The notes beneath the pieces are model-generated. The model had not been told where the DNA came from and did not search any database. It was given only the letters and a program-made list of their open reading frames with translations. Shown here in pieces: positions 61,952 to 64,000 of a DNA stretch of 64,000 bases (positions are counted from its first letter, which is position 1; each line of letters starts with the position of its first letter). A program made the translations under genes and the position numbers. Source of the DNA: Thermoproteota archaeon (GTDB lineage: Archaea > Asgardarchaeota > Jordiarchaeia > Jordiarchaeales > Freyrarchaeaceae); the NCBI GenBank assembly GCA_029258835.1, contig JAPDJY010000035.1, positions 1 to 64,000 on the forward strand. Direction: 5' to 3'.

Positions 61952-62613
61952 AATACGTTGAGACGTTTATCTGTTCAACCTTGGCTGGGGGAGAAATGTT
62001 ACCGGAGGAGGCTGCTGATGCTGCGTGGACGCTCGGGTACAATGCGGTCTTCGTAGCCACTCGAGAAGATGTGAGGTGTTTAAAGGGGATCAACAGTAAA
62101 TGTAAGGTTTTCCTTAGGTTTAATCTTAAAGGAGGAAACCTTGAAGAGATGAGGCGTTGCTTAGGAAGGATCAGAGGAAAAGTGGACGTTGTGGCTGCGC
62201 CATGCCTAAGCAGAGAGATAGGGTCTTGGGCTGCTAGGAACCCAGACGTTGACATACTATACTTTCCAGACGTGAACTTTTACAGAATACTAGATGGAAC
62301 ATTAGTGAGGCTTGCTTACGAGGGAAGAACCATCTTGGAGTTGTCACTAAGGCCTCTTTTTAAACTTAAGGGAGGTAAGCGCGTCCGTGCGATGACCATG
62401 TTAAGGAGGGCTGCAGGAGTCTTGGTGGATAAGTCAGCTCCCTTCGCTATTACATGTGAGCCGAGGGGAAGGTATGAGCTAAAGGCTCCCAGAGGATTAA
62501 TCGCCATTGCACGCCTACTTGGAATACCACCAGAAATATCGGTTAAAGCGATTTCTACGTATCCATTCTTAGTTTTGGAGTGGCGCGGATACGAGGGAGT
62601 ATGGAAAATGTGA
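61948..62613 (+). CDS. rnp3: ribonuclease P protein Rpp30
   Basis: VDIL, ELKAPR; conserved position between DUF54 and Pop5. Confidence 0.8.
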   Translation: MKYVETFICSTLAGGEMLPEEAADAAWTLGYNAVFVATREDVRCLKGINSKCKVFLRFNLKGGNLEEMRRCLGRIRGKVDVVAAPCLSREIGSWAARNPDVDILYFPDVNFYRILDGTLVRLAYEGRTILELSLRPLFKLKGGKRVRAMTMLRRAAGVLVDKSAPFAITCEPRGRYELKAPRGLIAIARLLGIPPEISVKAISTYPFLVLEWRGYEGVWKM

Positions 62614-62649
62614 ATGTGAAAGAGCGGAGTTGCTGGGCGGTGGTCGGAA

Positions 62650-62973
62650 GTGGGTAGGGTGAGGCGACGGTACGTTGTTTTTAACGTAGTAAGCGACAGC
62701 ATGCTCAACGAAAAAGAAGTAGTACGCGAGATCTGGGGCGAGTTACTCGCTCTCTTTGGGGAGGTGGGCGTTAGCTACATGGAACTACACGTTATAGAGT
62801 ATGATGGGCAGCGAGGGAGAGGGATCCTACGCTGTACCCATAAGACTGTGATGGACGTCTGTGCAGGGGTAACATTAATATCGGAGATTGAGGGGAAGCC
62901 TGCTGCAGTTAACGTTTTAGGCGTCTCTGGAAGTCTTAGGAAGGCGAGGGAAATCATGATGCGGAAACGCTAG
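62650..62973 (+). CDS. rnp2: ribonuclease P protein Pop5
   Basis: RRRYVVF, LFGEVG, GILRC, LGVSGSLRKA. Confidence 0.92.
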   Translation: MGRVRRRYVVFNVVSDSMLNEKEVVREIWGELLALFGEVGVSYMELHVIEYDGQRGRGILRCTHKTVMDVCAGVTLISEIEGKPAAVNVLGVSGSLRKAREIMMRKR

Positions 62974-63118
62974 GAAATTTAGATACGTTAAGACGAGGAG
63001 GGAAGCGCCGAACATGGTTTGCACGTCATGAAAGATTTGAAGCCACCATTAGGAAGGTTCCTTCCAGAGAACGTCTAACAAGCGATATTAATTAAAGGGA
63101 GGTTCCCCCTCTTATAAA

Positions 63119-63181
63119 GGGGGATGATGGCGCCGTCCCAGTCTGAGTTAGAGGGATGATGAGCTCGTGACGACCTGACCC
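63119..63181 (+). ncRNA. box C/D guide sRNA (predicted 23S rRNA Gm2251 guide)
   Basis: GGGAUGA (C), guide GCGCCGUCCCAGU, CUGA (D', 63143), AUGAUGA (C', 63156), guide GCUCGUGACGAC, CUGA (D, 63175); GGG/CCC ends. Confidence 0.85.
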
Positions 63182-63195
63182 GCCATGGAGGAGAA

Positions 63196-63834
63196 ATGAT
63201 GACGCAGGGACGGATGGAATCTATAAGGATTTTAGAGGCGAGGCTGGAGAAGCAGGGAGAAGAGATTGAGAAGCAGAAACGCATCATAGAAGAGCTTAGG
63301 GGTGAGGTGAGTGAGTGGAGAAACAGGTATGAAGCGGTTAAGGAGAAATGTGAAAGAGAAATTAAAGAGCTTAAAAAAGTTATAGAACAGATGGATAACA
63401 TTGTTAAAGAGAAGGAAGAGTTGAAGAGGCAAATCGGAGAGAAAGATTTGGAGATTAAAAGGATTAAAGAAGAGAAGAACCTTGCTGAAAAAAGTTTAAC
63501 GATAGAAGTCGAAAGGTTAAGAGGGGAGGTTAAAGCCAGGGAGGAGGAGAACGGTAAGCTTAAGGATAGGATAGCCTTACTAGAAGAGAAAATAGTCGAG
63601 TTACGTGAGGAAAAAGAAAGAACGGAACGATGGTTGCTGAGCATTGAAAAACTAATCGAGGACGACATAAACTATAGACCATACTTTATCTTGAAAAACA
63701 TGAAAAGCTGTAAAATAGGCGATCTAGCTAAAGCGATGGGGATGTCTGAGGGGCAAGTTAGGGTTATTCTCTCACGGCTGGAAAGGAGGCAGGTAGTAAC
63801 TATTGAAGGAGATGAGGCAAAAATTAAGCTGTAA
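63196..63834 (+). CDS. coiled-coil protein with C-terminal winged helix
   Basis: About 150 aa of heptads; DINYRPY..LAKAMGMSEGQVRVILSRLERRQVVTIEGD. Confidence 0.8.
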   Translation: MMTQGRMESIRILEARLEKQGEEIEKQKRIIEELRGEVSEWRNRYEAVKEKCEREIKELKKVIEQMDNIVKEKEELKRQIGEKDLEIKRIKEEKNLAEKSLTIEVERLRGEVKAREEENGKLKDRIALLEEKIVELREEKERTERWLLSIEKLIEDDINYRPYFILKNMKSCKIGDLAKAMGMSEGQVRVILSRLERRQVVTIEGDEAKIKL

Positions 63835-64000
63835 AAGAGGAGGCTATGTTAGCGAAGCTTTTTCAGCGGCTTAGATTTTTTCTCTGAAAAATGCTTTTTT
63901 TCGGGAGAGGGAGCTGTAGGAGGAATTAGGAGAGAAAGTAAAGTGTCAAGTCTTGAGAGGGTTTCTGAGGTTCTTTCATGTAGCTCGCTTTGAATCGTCT

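Overview
Archaeal chromosome segment, most likely from a thermophilic Asgard archaeon. This is an inference from the GC-rich archaeal 16S rRNA, a Rab-like GTPase, a stand-alone roadblock protein, RuvBL/TIP49 and Asgard-type Zn-ribbon and coiled-coil proteins. Left end (1-5 kb): a decayed HerA/VirB4-like ATPase plus Zn-finger operon, divergent from a 957-aa membrane-anchored Ca-binding (DxDGDG) repeat protein. At 6053-7548 (-): a stand-alone 16S rRNA gene with no linked 23S, closed by a perfect bulge-helix-bulge processing stem. It is flanked by mirror-image tracts, T-free on the left and A-poor on the right; similar weaker strand-skew inversions recur elsewhere, most clearly at ~52.25 kb near oapABC. 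At 14.4-17.9 kb: a dead IS200/IS605 element whose tnpB is interrupted by a patch made of a half IS607 and a LAGLIDADG endonuclease fragment. The rest is mostly housekeeping (GGR, pth2, truD, aspS, aEF-1B, rpo12, glyS, map, tmk, ADP-dependent kinase, nadC, speB, ndk, ribosomal proteins, RNase P proteins). Interspersed are an uncharacterised four-gene operon (886-aa coiled-coil, 793-aa, HEAT-repeat, Zn-wHTH), a mu-homology-like beta-sandwich protein, two coiled-coil/wHTH proteins, two box C/D guide RNAs (one predicted to guide 23S Gm2251) and several small genes missing from the ORF track. All family calls come from motif recognition by eye; no database searches were run.
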